A stretch of 63,801 nt of DNA, filler included, from Perkinsus chesapeaki ATCC PRA-425 (GCA_013115145.1; 5 parts of 5 records of this genome joined end to end with filler, not necessarily neighbours in it), one strand, 5' to 3'. Counted from the whole stretch's first letter, positions 12,200 to 26,644 are shown. Numbers and translations are program-made. Notes: a model not told the origin generated them from the sequence alone.

Positions 12200-15120
12200 A
12201 TGGCGGACGAGGATGATGACTTGGAGGAGGAGGAGGATTGGGAGGATGATGACGGTTCTCTAATGGAGAAGAAAAGGAAAGTGATACATGGGGAGATGGT
12301 CGCATGGAGATGCGATGGGGTCGGCTATGGAAGTTCGGAATGCCAACAGGATTGACAAGTGCTTCCTGCGAGGGACTTGAAATCGATGAGTTGTATTTTC
12401 TGATAGCGTAGCTGATGATGCTGCTGCTGTTGTAGGGTGGAGATGCTGGTGAGTTCCCCGAGGAAGAGGAAGGATCGTTGATGCAGAAGGGGAAAAAGGT
12501 ATTGAAGTGGTGTCGAAGAAAATTACAATTTAGTGGAGTCGTCCGGGGTCGAACTCGCGCTCATTCCAGGGTCATATTGAGACCTTAAACCTCGTCATCT
12601 GTTTGCCGAGATGACCCTGAGAAAGCGACCGGGATTTTTCAGAAATTTTATTGAATTCTGAATTCCTCTGTACATATCTCGCAGTAGTACATCGTACTTG
12701 TTGTAATTGTTGATGTTGTGGAAGAAGGTTCATTGGTTTTTTGTTAGGCGGTGAAAAAAGGAAAAGTCTCGTCGTTGATGGAGACGAAGATGACGAAAAT
12801 AGCGGTAGGAGATTTATCTGAAGATTTTATTGAAGTCGATTGGTAGGTGAGAAAGCATCAATCTGCAGAGGAGGAAGGGGAAGAAGGCGAAGATGAAGCT
12901 GCGGAGGTTGGTGGGAGGGGACGGGCTGGGCGTCGTTTCGCTTTCAATGGATGGCCGTTACTGCTTTTCAACAGAGAGTTGGTTTTTTCGGGACTCCCTA
13001 ATGTAGGTTTCTGAGATCCTAGCCGTAATAGCGATCATGTTCTACCACAGTGACGCATAGGTAGAAGCTGATTGAGTACGACTCTTGCCAAACCTTAGAG
13101 ATCATCTGTGAGCCGAGCAGTTGAAAGTTGATCGGCCTTTGCGTGATTGTGTGAGTGTTCCACAGTTGCTTTGTTCAGGAGGATGAAGCAGGTGAAGATG
13201 GAGAGGAGGATGAGAGTGGTGTCGGAGACGAGGGCGAAGGGGAGACTGAGGTTGAGCTCGAGGTGGGATGAGGCGTATAGTTGTGCGGAATATTCAGCAC
13301 CTTCACCAGACAGAGATGATCTGATAATTAGCTTGTTGGGTCTGGTTAACAAGAACTGCTTCCTTTGCTTCCCGGCGAGGTTTTTAATGCTTGTATGTAT
13401 TATATGGCTTATAGTTGACACCGCTGGAATGCGCTATGATCGGCACTTTGGGAGACAGAATGTTGCCCTTATATATTTCATATCAAACTTTCTATTTCCA
13501 AAATGAGCGCATTTCTCTTTCAGTTGGTCGATGATCCTCCGAAGGGTCTCAGTGATGCGGTGCTTGAGAACACCTACGGGACTTTAGAAATGGAAGAGTG
13601 AGGGGAAGGTTGGGTTTTCCGGGTAGATTTTTCTGACAGGAATGAGATTATGAGGAAGCAAGTTTATCTGACTGGAGCGGTAGGTCTGATGGTAGCCGAG
13701 GAGTGATGTTGGTTTTGATCATAGCGAGCGGCATTTGACTTGTTTATGGCTGATAAGAGAGTCCGAGGATTGATGGATGCTAGGATGTTTGTGGCGCTGG
13801 ATAAGGAGTGGAAAACGGTGAGATGTGGAATGATCTCATATATCTTTTATATAAACTAGCGACTATGAATTTTTTTTATTTTGGCCAAAAGTAGGGAGAT
13901 AATAGAGAGTAATACTCCAGGCTAGACCGGCCGCTGGAATACGCCTGTTGGTACGGGTAGGAAATCCTTCATGTGTTAAGTTTGGTCTTATATGATTCCA
14001 CGGGGAGCGGTTGGTTTGGTAGATTCTTATGGATACGTTGTTGACTCTGATAAGCGTCGACTGGAAGAGGGCGTGGAACCATGCTGGAGTGGATACCATA
14101 AATGAATCTCATCCGTTGAAGTAGGGGATATGGTGTTGAAGGGAGTAGAGTTGATTTCATCAGGTTGTTGAAGACTTATATCAAAGAGGCTGTTGTGGTA
14201 GGGAAAATCGTCGAGATTTCTTGCTCGCCCCGAAAAGGTCAACGATGGACGTGAATTTTTTATCTGAGACTCATCGTCCTCAAAGGTTCAAGTTCCTAGT
14301 ACTCGCATTGAGGCATTGAAAACACTTTCCTGGTCTGGGAAAAATCCTGAAAAAAATCTAGAAATATCTGGAAAAATCCTGGAAAAAAATCTGGAAAAAT
14401 CCTGAAAAGATCCTGGGAAAAAATCTGGAAAAATCCTGAAAAAAATCCTGGAAAAATTCTGGAAGAATTCTAGAAAATTCCTGGAAAAAGTGTTGCCTTT
14501 TCGGGTTACTAAAGCTGTTGGAGTGACGGTGGCATAAGATGTTGAGTCTGGAATGTCTGTGATGCGGAACTCGATGTTCATAAGAAGGATATTCTGTTTC
14601 GATTTCACATAGCCAAGAGGTCATTCTTCCTGGCGAGAATAAAAATGGACAGATTCTATGCCGATATGTGCCTTTAGTGTAGTCTCATTGTATCCATCCC
14701 GCTTTAAAAAGGGTCGCCCTTAGTTGATCTATGAATAGTAAAGAATTCGAATGGAACATTAGTATTTGGGTTTTGGGTTTTGTATTGGTTAACATTATGA
14801 GTTACTTGACATTAGTGCCGTGGTGACATGTTGGTGGTGGTTGTGGTGGCAGGAGGCGCAAGATTACCTTGATAAGAAGCACGAGCACACTGATGCGTTT
14901 AGTAAAGGTTTGGGAAGAGCGATATCTCAGTTGTCTACGAGGTAGGGTAGAACGCAGTATATCTCGATTGGTATCCTGAAATTATAATTACAAATTATGA
15001 TTCGTACTTGGTTTTCGTCAAAACAGTGTTGTTCTTCACTGGTGAGTATCTTAGGTTGAAGCTAGTACTTGACTAATGTTTGACACTAGTGGGATGCGTT
15101 TAACTCTATCAATGTCTGGG
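12200..15120 (+). CDS. Hypothetical multi-exon protein(s)
   Basis: Series of plus-strand exon-like segments followed by gtgag/gtagg donors: MADEDDDLEEEEDW, KVLKWCRRKLQF|NLKPRHLFAEMTLRKR, LVDDPPKGLSDAVLENTYG, RAAFDLFMADKRVRGLMDARMF, VDFIRLLKTYIKEA, QEAQDYLDKKHEHTDAF. Not fully assembled. Confidence 0.35.
12531..12562 (-). pseudogene. Degenerate tRNA 3' fragment at the 5' end of intron 12533-12581, antisense
   Basis: Reverse complement: gcgaGTTCGACCCcgga-cgactcc-a-cta, which has tRNA spacing of T-loop, 5-nt stem strand, 7-nt acceptor strand and discriminator. Confidence 0.5.
14335..14490. repeat. Low-complexity AAAAATCCTGG-type array (phased A-tracts)
   Basis: About 13 imperfect 11-12 bp units; flanked by GT...AG, so probably intronic. 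Confidence 0.75.
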
Positions 15121-17431
15121 TTAGTCCGGCGCTTTTCTCCCAAAGAATTGCATTTATTCGTTACCGTTTTCATCGTAGCGGCTTCAAACGTAAATAAAAT
15201 TTGCCTAGCGCGAATTTCGAGGGTCGAATTCCGCACTGAGCTGGACAATTTTCCGGGAATACTCCTAAGGTACTCTAAGCGTTTCTGGTGATTTTTTGGG
15301 CCAGGTTCCAGAACATTGAAGGTATTAGAGCGGCGATCGAGAAATGGACGGCGGAGGGGGGAGAGGGAATAAGGAGCGATAAGTTCACAGGGTGAGGAGA
15401 TTGGTGGCTTGGAAATTTCACAAGGCTTTTTTGATGGCAAAGGAGGGAGCGTGGTTTCTATTGGGAAAGTGCTACTGTGTGGTGGGATAGCTAGCGCCTG
15501 TACCTGATACGGCTCGGTAAGGTTATTCATCATTAGAGTTCAATGCAGGAGGTGTAAAAATGTTAGGAGTAGCGATAGGAGGCTCCACGGTGTAGGCATC
15601 GGTGAAAATGATTACGGGCATGGGGGGGCATAGAATGTAGACGAGGGGAATACATTTAATGCTTAGTTCTTTTTTAGGAACCTTTAAGTGTGTTCTATCG
15701 AAATTCGCGTCATGTTTCCGCGATCGACATTCGGACACCTGAGCATTTGTGATTCAGGTTCATTTCGAAGACTTGTCCGGACACTTCTGCCGTGACGGGG
15801 TTGCCGCTCGATAATAGAAGGATCCCCCTCTTACCCGAGGAGGAGGTGCATGCTAGGAGCTGTCATTACTCCACACAGACTGAAGGGCCATATGAGATCA
15901 TAGAAAAGCATAAGGGAGAGGCATGGCCCATTGCGAGATGCGCTATTGATGAACCGTGAGTGGTGGGGGATAGATTCCTCCTTCTCTAGTAGTGGTATGA
16001 GTTGGTTCTGGAGGTCTCTGAAATCCAGGTGAACACGGTGAAGGTGAAGGTGAACACGGTAATTGAGATTGAAGTTATGGAATATCGAATGATAAGAACA
16101 GAATGATTTTAGCCACAACAAAGAATCATCCTTATTGAGGCGCGCCAAGTTCGTGCGCCCCACGATAGTTCTCACAATAGTTTGAGCGGAAGAGATCATT
16201 CTTCAATAACTGTATGAAAGTGTGGATTTAACAACGTGGGGATACGGCTAATTGGGACTCGGAGGGACCGCATACCTGCTGTCCCAGATTCTCCGGATCT
16301 TTTGAGCAATGTTAAGATCGTATTTCCTTCGTATCTGTCTTCAGTCGAGACCTCCTCGATATTGGTTTGAGAGAAGAGCGCGGTAAGGAGGCACCTGAGC
16401 TGAATGTTTGTGAAGCATTCTCGGAACAGGGCATCGACCCGCTCAAGGTGAGAGCGTGAATTCGGTGAAAATCAGAACCTTTCTTATGGACGGTCTGATT
16501 GCGGCCAACTAATGAAATTCCTTTTCGCGTGGATAGAGCGTAAGCCAGAGCTTACTCGGATAGAAGTAGAGATTCTTCATCGTTTTCCTCGGTCTGAATA
16601 TCTTCCTATTTTCCACTATTCTTTCGTCCATTTTCTTGCTTTGTCTCATTTTGATTTTCGTACTGGAGAATTTGTTAATTTGGTTTGACCAATAGATTTC
16701 GTGTCGAGCAGGAACAGAAATTTCGTCCGAGAAAATCTTGGAGGGGAAAACTTTAATTACACCTCAACACTGGGAAGGCTCTTCGACATTTCCGTGGTGA
16801 AGTTGGTTGGATTTCTGGGGGAGGATTATCGAGCTGAACATTACGTGAACTGTTACTTTGCAGCCTGCCGACGTCACGGCTGAAAACGACGATGAAATGC
16901 CCAGCGAGCAGGACAGGAAGCAACAGTTCGAGGAGTTCCACAGGGAGTGGGAGGATAAGGCCAGGTGAGAAGGAAACAGGGTGTCGTTGGTGTTGACAGA
17001 ATGATTAGCAATCCGGGCGATGAGGAAAGCACTGGCGACACTGAAGAGTAGGAGTTGCATTGCGGAGGGTGGGCAAGTTTGGTTTAGGTCTCCGGGTGAT
17101 GAGGAGGAGAACGGTGAAGGGGATGCAGAAGAGGGCGGCGAGAATGGCGGAGAGGATGCAGAAGAGAGTGAAGAATAAGTCATTTGATGGCATGTCTCTG
17201 GTGGAGTTTTGTTTTGATTTGTGTTGATGGATGAAGTAAAGTTAATGATATTATAACATTAAGAAGAATAGTGAATGAAAAGATCAAGTGTTGCTCGAAT
17301 ACTGCGATGAACGATGGCCAAGAAGCCGCTAGGAAATGACGTTCGAAACGAGGCGATTCTCAAAGCCGATGTGCTTTAAACATACCATTTAGCCGAGCGA
17401 AACAGGTGCCCTGGAAAGAGTACAAAAGGAT

Positions 17432-18159
17432 TCACCCAACCTGTTCTTCTTCTCTATCAAACCGTTTGTAGGGGAGGTCGAATGGGTTTTGCCCAATGTC
17501 TCTTGTTGCGTTCACGAGTGCTAGAGGATAAGTGTGGCCTCTACGGGAAATCTTCCATCGAATATGTTCCTCCAGCAATTGCATTACTTCTGACAACATT
17601 CGGCATTCCTCGATGGGTGCGCGGTACTTTATAAACACAATTCGATCGAATAATAACAGAAATGTTGCTTTTATATTTTACTATTTGTAAATGGCGACTA
17701 ATACCACCGTAAGTGAAAGGCTTGAAGTGAGTTGTTGACTGTTCCGTTGTTGATGATCTTGACCACTGGACGAGTTGGCTATGAAGTTACTTTATTAATA
17801 ATATACAGCAAGGATCCACCGGTGTCAAATCCACATTAATGGATAACATACCCTCGACCCGTACATCACATCCTTGACCTCGCTCCACTGTATTAGCCCT
17901 CACTTGGGGAGCTTTCTCGGGCTTTGTGTTCGCAGTAGTACTGCGGTTTCAAAACAAGTATGTTCTTCATAGGAAGGTTTCCTATCTTCAGTCGAGTATG
18001 AAGTTCATCCATACTCGCCTGAAAGAGAATCATCGATGAGTTCATCCGATGGCAAGTGGGGTTGGTTACTCTTAACAAAACACATTCACTAATATCGAAA
18101 GGAACAACCAACGGTTCGAAGAGACTGTAAACAACGATGCCAGCATCGAACCATCGCAA
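17432..18159 (-). CDS. Hypothetical multi-exon protein
   Basis: MRWFDAGIVVYSLFEPLVVPF..., ASMDELHTRLKIGNLPMKNILVLKPQYYCEHK, and terminal ...DIGQNPFDLPYKRFDREEEQVG*, with GT-AG introns. Confidence 0.4.
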
Positions 18160-18250
18160 TACAATTGCGTTATAGAAGGGACAATAGTATTATATCGCGC
18201 AATAGCAGAAACTATTAAAGGAGAACGGCCGCCAGAGGGCGATCGGCAAT

Positions 18251-19111
<861 letters not shown>

Positions 19112-19310
19112 CTATCAACAATGAACCACCATCATTCATGACACCAACTACGTACCAGTCACAGCTGTCCGAATCATATAGCAGGGAAAAACAAGGCAAC
19201 CGTCGCGAGGGTGGCGAGCAGCATGCCACTAGATAGCATATTATAGTAATGATACCACCAGCGACGAAGGCCTTACCCCGAGACCAAAATGAAATCTCAT
19301 TAGGTCAATT

Positions 19311-20022
<712 letters not shown>

Positions 20023-20592
20023 TTACAAATACTAACCGAGACACCTCGACAAAATCAATTCTAGCGTTCAGAGGTGCACTCGACAACACAAGGGATTACT
20101 AGCCACCGTCCCTACGACGAGGGATCGACAAGGGATCTCAAAACCGCCCAATTTAAACGCAAAAAATAAGGCAGTTGCTGCGGAGCAATCAAACAAATTC
20201 GAGGACGGCTCGGTGTGGCGGGCACTACAAGGGTGAAGGTATTAATAGGTTAAAAGATTCTCCTTATACGTTTCAAATAACGTTGCCTAGCGTCTTTGAA
20301 CACAGCCTATTGAGGAACTGTAAGATTTTGCAAGACTGCAAGATTTGTCCGGGAGCCGCACACACAAGACGGTGGGGGTAAGATATTCTCTGCGGGAAGC
20401 GGTTTTTTTGGGTATATATAGTCTGGAATGGAGCTATCAGTCAACGGCGGGTATCTTAGGTTCAAGCGTGCAAGGTGCACATAAGGTCGATTCGTGGTGC
20501 ATTATCCAGCGCACTCCCTCGGGAACACCATGATGTGTGGTTGACCCGGGTGAATTATAGCGTTAGTTTAGTTTATCTTCATCCTTACTATT

Positions 20593-21280
20593 ATGCTCTC
20601 TTCAGTGTCCAGCAGTCTCCTAACACGCGCTCTTCCCACAGCGGCCGCGACCTCTCTCGGCAGCGCCGCTTCTGTTAGGTGGTGTTGCCTTGTTTGTGGA
20701 TTTAGTTGACTTCTTAGTTTTAGGTTTTATCACGAAAACGTCAGAGAGCACTTCTATCACCCGAGGAACGTGGGAAAGCTCGACAAGAAGGACCCCAACG
20801 TCGGCACTGCTGTCGTTGGTAAGTTGCACCGACCCCCCGCTTCGTTTTTTCAATTGCCTTTGTCGGTCAGGCAAGGCATCTTGCGGCGATGTTGTTCAAC
20901 TGCAAGTGCAGATTGAAGATGGTAATGTTAAGGATGCCAAGTTCAAGACGTTTGGTTGCGGCAGCGCTATTGCTAGCAGCAGCCTGGCCACTGAGATGAT
21001 CAAGGGTGAGCTCCACCGCGTCCGAGATGTAGTTAGTTTTACTTGACTTAGGCAAATCTAAGGAAGAAGCCGCTAAACTGAAAAACACTGATATATCGGG
21101 CTACTTGAAGCTCCCCCCAGTTAAGATTCATTGTTCCCTTCTAGTTGAAGAGGTGAGCTTTCTTGCCTCTCTGGCGACGAATCAGTTCGTTTTCTCAGGC
21201 TGTACAGAAAGCACTTGACGACTACGAGCAGAAGCAGGCGAAACTGCAGAAGAGCGCTTCCGAGGCCGATCTTGCTTAAA
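20593..21280 (+). CDS. ISCU: Mitochondrial Fe-S cluster scaffold IscU/Isu1
   Basis: Ser/Ala/Arg-rich presequence, then YHENVREHFYHPRNVGKLD, ASCGDVVQLQV, KFKTFGCGSAIASSS and LPPVKIHCS (all three Cys plus His). Five exons; the stop position is ambiguous (see findings). Confidence 0.93.
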
Positions 21281-21471
21281 CCGGAAAATCATCTGCAAAA
21301 TGCTGATGTCGTGTATACTGTTTGTTTTTTACTCAAGTGCCGCCGCCGCTGTCTGCTTCCAAGTTCACAAACTGTTAGATTTATACAGACAAAAGGTCCC
21401 GTTTCTACTTAAACGCGTGAAGAGCATTTTATGTTGGTGTTTGTCACAATTCAAAGCCAACTTCGGTTCTG

Positions 21472-22553
21472 ATGGAGTTTGGCGGGGCAACATTATCGTC
21501 GTTGTTTCTAGTACTGCTGGTCGTCATCTCAGTGCCACGCACGGAAGGGGCGCTATGCGTTGATCCTTCTTTTAGCGAACTTTTCAAAGGTGAAGTTTCG
21601 TTCTCATAAATTCGAGCAAGTCTCTTGCAGGTTTGAAGTCAGCAGTGGTTGTGGCTCCGAGTGACCTCGTTGCGAGTATCGCAGCGGCCACCAGGGACGC
21701 CGCAGATTTCCAAGAGGAGAAGGCTTCGCCGAACATTTGCGACTCGGAAGTTGACGGGCCTTATTGCCACGCTTTCTCCGACGCCCATAGGAGACAGAGG
21801 GCACTCGACATGGTAGGGAGCGATTCTTCGTTCTATCGAAGAAACTGTCAGCAGGTATCTGGTAGCTCCTCTTTTGTGGACAGAAGCACTATATTTGTGG
21901 GAAGGCCGGGAATGGACAGTTTCGCGGAAGCGTTGCGAGCCGCCAGCGCCAAGGCGATTTCGCGAAGTTTACCGCCGGAGAGCACGATAAAGATTTTGCA
22001 CGCTGATCTGGACGGGTACTCGCCTGGAGTGAGGATCGGGGCAGATGACAAGAAAGTTACAGATGATGTTACGTTTGGAGAGGAAATCGCTGTTGACTAT
22101 ATGCAGGAGTCGGGAAAAGAAGCTCTCGAGCAGACCTTCGTGAACGGCGTTCGGTCGGATGCGTCGGTTGTGGAAGTTCTAGCAGGCGGTTCTCACACCA
22201 TCCCTTCTGTCGAGGAAGTTTCAGAGGTGACCCAAAGCCGTGGTTCTTCGGTTGACTTCGGTGAGAGCGAGCTGAAGGCGAACTTCATAGGGAGCTGGTC
22301 CGGCGGGGCAGGAGGAATTGGGGTCACATTAGAAGGAACAGGCCGCATCCGATTCTCTCGGCCAGTTGTGGTCCGATCCCTGAAGGGTATCGGTGAAGGC
22401 AGAGTGTATGTCTTTGGCAAGCACGGCGTCACGGAAAGTTGGCGGAAAGAAGTTAGTTCTTTTGGAGGCGATGAGCTTGGATGTGCCGTGGGAGATGTTG
22501 TGTGGATCAAGTGCCCGAGAGACGGCCGTCGAAGAGTGGCTAAGGTACTGTAA
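21472..22553 (+). CDS. Hypothetical secreted protein
   Basis: MEFGGATLSSLFLVLLVVISVPRTEG signal-peptide-like start; intron ~21590-21630 joins in frame to the 306-aa ORF. Confidence 0.55.
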
Positions 22554-23599
22554 GGGCGGTGGAGTGCAATCTTGTAGGCGGTAGTATAGGTTCCCTTGCA
22601 GCCTGGAACGTCAAATGCGGGAGAAGTGTGCTTTTTCTGGCCGCTTTGGTGATCCGTACGGCGTTCGAAAGCCTTCGAGATGCAGAGGGCCTGAAAAACT
22701 AATCACAATTATTTTTGTCCAGTAAAATTCCGAACGTTGGATTCTAACAATTCGCGTCGTTTGAGCTAGCATGTGTCTTCAGTGGGGGATATCCTTTTTC
22801 AGGTGGTTTTCGCAACAGCAGAGACTCTCACAGTTAACTGGGCTGATGGCGACGTATCGTATCGAACACTATCGAGAGAAACCTCATCCTGTCAGAAAGT
22901 CACCACAGTATGGAACACGCGGTCCGTCGATGAGGTGCCGGAGCGATTTTGGCGTCGATCATTGACCGTGCAATTTAGTTGCTCTTCGTAACGTCATCGA
23001 AGTCATCGTGGCTGTTGGTGGACTTGTCGATTGCTTTCTCGACAACCGGCGATGATGACCCGCGCGTGGTGAGCGTCCACCCTGGTCGGCGTCAATACTT
23101 TCCATTTCAGCTTGTGCGAATTACACGATCTGGCGTTATACTTCTTGATCGCATCGTCCCTGGTGCGGACGTAGTGGCGGTGGATGATGTGATCAAGTCT
23201 GCTGCTCGAGCTTCGATTTCTGGAGATCACATTAACTCCCTCGATGATATCGTACTCGGGGGGAAGCCGGAAGAAATCCTGAGGGTGAGGATCCTATTGA
23301 TCGGGCCTTAGTGCCGATTGATGCTTTCGCGGTCGGTTACAATTGCTAGTTAAACCTCTCTTCATTTCTCAGCCTCCGTCACGTCCAATTCTGCAGTCTC
23401 GGAAACGCGTAGCGGATCGCAGCACAATTCGTCCAACCATCTCGGACAGGTCTATCATGGGCTTACTGAAGTTTGCCAAGGCGGTCGATAGCAAGACGTG
23501 AGCAACTACTGTTAATAGGCGCCGGCGTGTTCAGGAACTCTTGCCAGATTTTACGTCTCACAAGAGTCTTATGGCCACCTACTTGCCGCGTACAAGTCA

Positions 23600-24590
23600 C
23601 TTCTAGCGAGGATGAGCCTCAGAGGTCGGTCGTCATATGACAGCTTGTGCCGGAGCTGCGCGTTAGTTTTCAGAGATTATAAGAAGCACGTTCATTTTGA
23701 GGATTTTTTAATACGGGAGTGGGATCGCCCTACCCTCGCCGAAACGGCCAGCAGAGCCTCCGGTTACGACTTCGACGTCTTCACGTCCATGTAAGAGTCC
23801 CCACCGATTCGGGCGAGCATGCTTGCATCTCAGTTACCATGATTGGTTGACGGATGGTAAGCAGACCCTCCATCCCTGCTTTGAGGCTGGTGGCTGCAGT
23901 ATTGTTGGTGAATACTACTGCGAGCCTAGTGGCCGAGGAACTCGTTTCAAGCTCACCGAGATGGACCTCGACACGGAAGACAGCACCGTCCAGGCCATCT
24001 TCGAGTTCGAGCTCCGAGGGGCATGGCATAGCTACGAAGTGGGAGGAGTTTGGGATGGAATTAGTCAGACGTTCTACTTGGAGCCGATTAACGATCCAGG
24101 CCGGACAGTGCCAGATGGAATTGTGGCCGTTCCGCTTCACCTTACTTTCAGCGAGGACGATGGTGCCTATTTGCAGGGTACGTCGAACCGGCGTACCTGT
24201 CCCATCTCCCTTTGCAGGCTCTATAGGGATCCTCGGCTGTGATGTGATATACGGTAAACTTTCTGGTGCGAGAGTTGAAGGGAGTCACGATACTGGAGGC
24301 TCACTAGTTGGCTTGGCAGAAGAAATTGATGGTCTTCGCGCCAAGTGGCGGAACAAATTGTTCACGGAGATATCTCAAGGTGAGACTTCGCGCATCTTCA
24401 TTTGATACATGTTCGTTGTAGGTTCGTCAGTGCTTCCTGATAACAGTGACACATTCGTATCGATTTCATTGTGAAGAATCACAACCAGGGCCGCTACGTT
24501 GACTACAGTGTTCATTTACTCAAATGTAGAATCCAGTTGAACAGCTTTTATCGAGTTGAAGTTTGGGCGTGACTCTCAAGCAGAATAAAC
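23600..24590 (+). CDS. Hypothetical protein (multi-exon, boundaries approximate)
   Basis: Long protein-like exon YHDWLTDGKQTLHPCFEAGGCSIVGEYYCEPSG...LQG (23823-24180) with flanking splice-like sites. Confidence 0.35.
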
Positions 24591-25574
24591 GAACCACCAA
24601 CAGACGGCAGCCGTTGCTTTCCTGAGAAGCGTGTTCACCGCGATACTTGACACGCTTAGTGTTGGCCGGGCGGGATGGTCGACGAAGCCTCGCTGTTTAA
24701 CAGACGAAGGTTGGCACTAAACCGTTAGAATAATCACGGTGCTCGAAAAAAATTGCGTGTTGCGACACTTGACGATGACAGACTAGGAACTGGCGCAATC
24801 TAATCCAAGGACAAGCCCCGAGATATTATAGCTGGCACTCTTTAAATAGAGTTATACTATTAGGATTTGCGTGAAACGTTTTTAAGGGCAAGCGAGTGTC
24901 ACCGGGTACCAGCAGTTTGGAAAGCTTTTGTAGTGTGACCGCAGTATCGCAGTTGAAGCGATCTAGAATGAAAACGCATCTCAGAAATAGTAGCTGTAAT
25001 TTCCAACTCCTTTGTCTGATTTACTCAGATAATGAGAGGCTAATTCAGATGCGAGGCCCAGCGTGTAGGGTTACCCCGAGTGTGACAGGATACCTCGGTC
25101 ACATAACTAATCGATAATTCAGAGATAAAACTCCTTCGAAGAGGTTAAACTATGAAGCCCGACTACGCATAGTAGAGCAGGATGAATCTTAGTCTGATCG
25201 CCAGCGCTCTGGATCTGAACTGAGGGTAGTTCGATTTGTCTTGGAAGAAATTTAACCGGGTGACGCCACATGTTCCTGTCTCACGAAGACAACTTGTCTT
25301 AGCCAACGTGGCAGGAGGCCGGCCTCGCACAACAGGAAAGTGTACGGAAGACCCGCGATACTAACGGTATTAGTGTCCTCATAACTAAATTTCTGAGTGC
25401 AACGAGTATCTTCTCTAGAGCAGATTATTTGTATAAGCGCACTTGGCGAGTGCCCAAGGGCAAAGTCCATCAGTTAGCGACATCATACCGTGACCGCTGC
25501 TTCTCTCCCCGAATAAGCTCGGCATAGTCGCCGCGACCCTTAGTTGCTCGTTGTTCAGTAAACTCTGAACCTTC

Positions 25575-26408
25575 ATGCTGTACTACACGCTAACCTATCT
25601 CGCTCTTCTGCATCGCTTGTGCACAAGTACTCCGAATGTAGACCGTATCAAGAGCATCTTGACCGAGGAGGACTTCGACTATCTGTTCCCCCACCGTAAT
25701 CGTCAGCAAGGAACACCCCAACCGTTCTCCTACAGCGGGTTGCTTAAAGCTTCCGAGAAGTTCCCTAACTTCTGCAACGAGGCTGCTGGTGAACTAGACT
25801 TGGACGCCGCCTGCAGGAAGGAATTGTCAACAGCCTTCGCTCACTTCACCCAAGAAACTGGTGAGAATACCGGATGGGGAGATATCCCTCGCTGGCGACA
25901 AGGTCTATATTTTAACTCCGAGATCGGATGTACTGACGCGACATGTTCTTATTGTTCACCTAACGCTCAGTACCCTTGTTCCCCTGGTAAGGGCTACTAT
26001 GGGAGAGGAGCCTTACAACTATCATATAACTTCAATTACGGCCCATTCTCCGAGGCTGTCTATGGTGATAAGCAGAAACTCCTTGACGACCCGGATTCTG
26101 TTCTGACGGCCGAGGGTGGCTCCCTCGCTTTCAGCAGCGCTATCTGGTTTCTGATGACTCCACAACCGCCAAAACCTGCCATTCATGATATTGTAGTGGG
26201 TAAATGGCAGCCAACCGCAGCTGATGAGGACGGTGGCCGATATCCAGGGTTCGGTGTCACTACTCTTATCATCAACGGAGGACTTGAATGCTCTAATCCA
26301 CAAGATCCAAGAGCGTTGAATCGCATCGCCTATTATAGCAACTTTACCGCCCATTTCAAAGTACAGCCTGGCGATCATTTATCCTGCGGTGGCATGAGGC
26401 CGTTCTAG
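25575..26408 (+). CDS. Glycoside hydrolase family 19 chitinase, secreted, intronless
   Basis: Hydrophobic N-terminus; FAHFTQETG (catalytic Glu), YYGRGALQLSYNFNYG, AIWFLMTPQPPKP, FGVTTLIINGGLEC and RIAYY are hallmark GH19 motifs. Confidence 0.92.
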   Translation: MLYYTLTYLALLHRLCTSTPNVDRIKSILTEEDFDYLFPHRNRQQGTPQPFSYSGLLKASEKFPNFCNEAAGELDLDAACRKELSTAFAHFTQETGENTGWGDIPRWRQGLYFNSEIGCTDATCSYCSPNAQYPCSPGKGYYGRGALQLSYNFNYGPFSEAVYGDKQKLLDDPDSVLTAEGGSLAFSSAIWFLMTPQPPKPAIHDIVVGKWQPTAADEDGGRYPGFGVTTLIINGGLECSNPQDPRALNRIAYYSNFTAHFKVQPGDHLSCGGMRPF

Positions 26409-26644
26409 TCGGTAACTCGTTCACGTTTTGACCCTGTGAGCTGTCATTTCGCTCTTCATCAAGCGGGTGTCGTTGGGCACTCTTAATAACCCATGTTGAG
26501 CTCTCGAGGTTGTGATCTTCCATTTACCCAGCCTTGTCACTCTAGAAGTTCACAAGCTACCCATACTTTGCAAGGTGCTTGGCGCATTGTATTCGGAGCC
26601 TTTGCATAGTTTCACGTCACGTCGAGTTGTGTGGATGAGTGAAT

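Noticed and set aside
14288-14624. Phe-rich minus-strand ORFs
   Set aside because: Translations of the A-tract repeat array.
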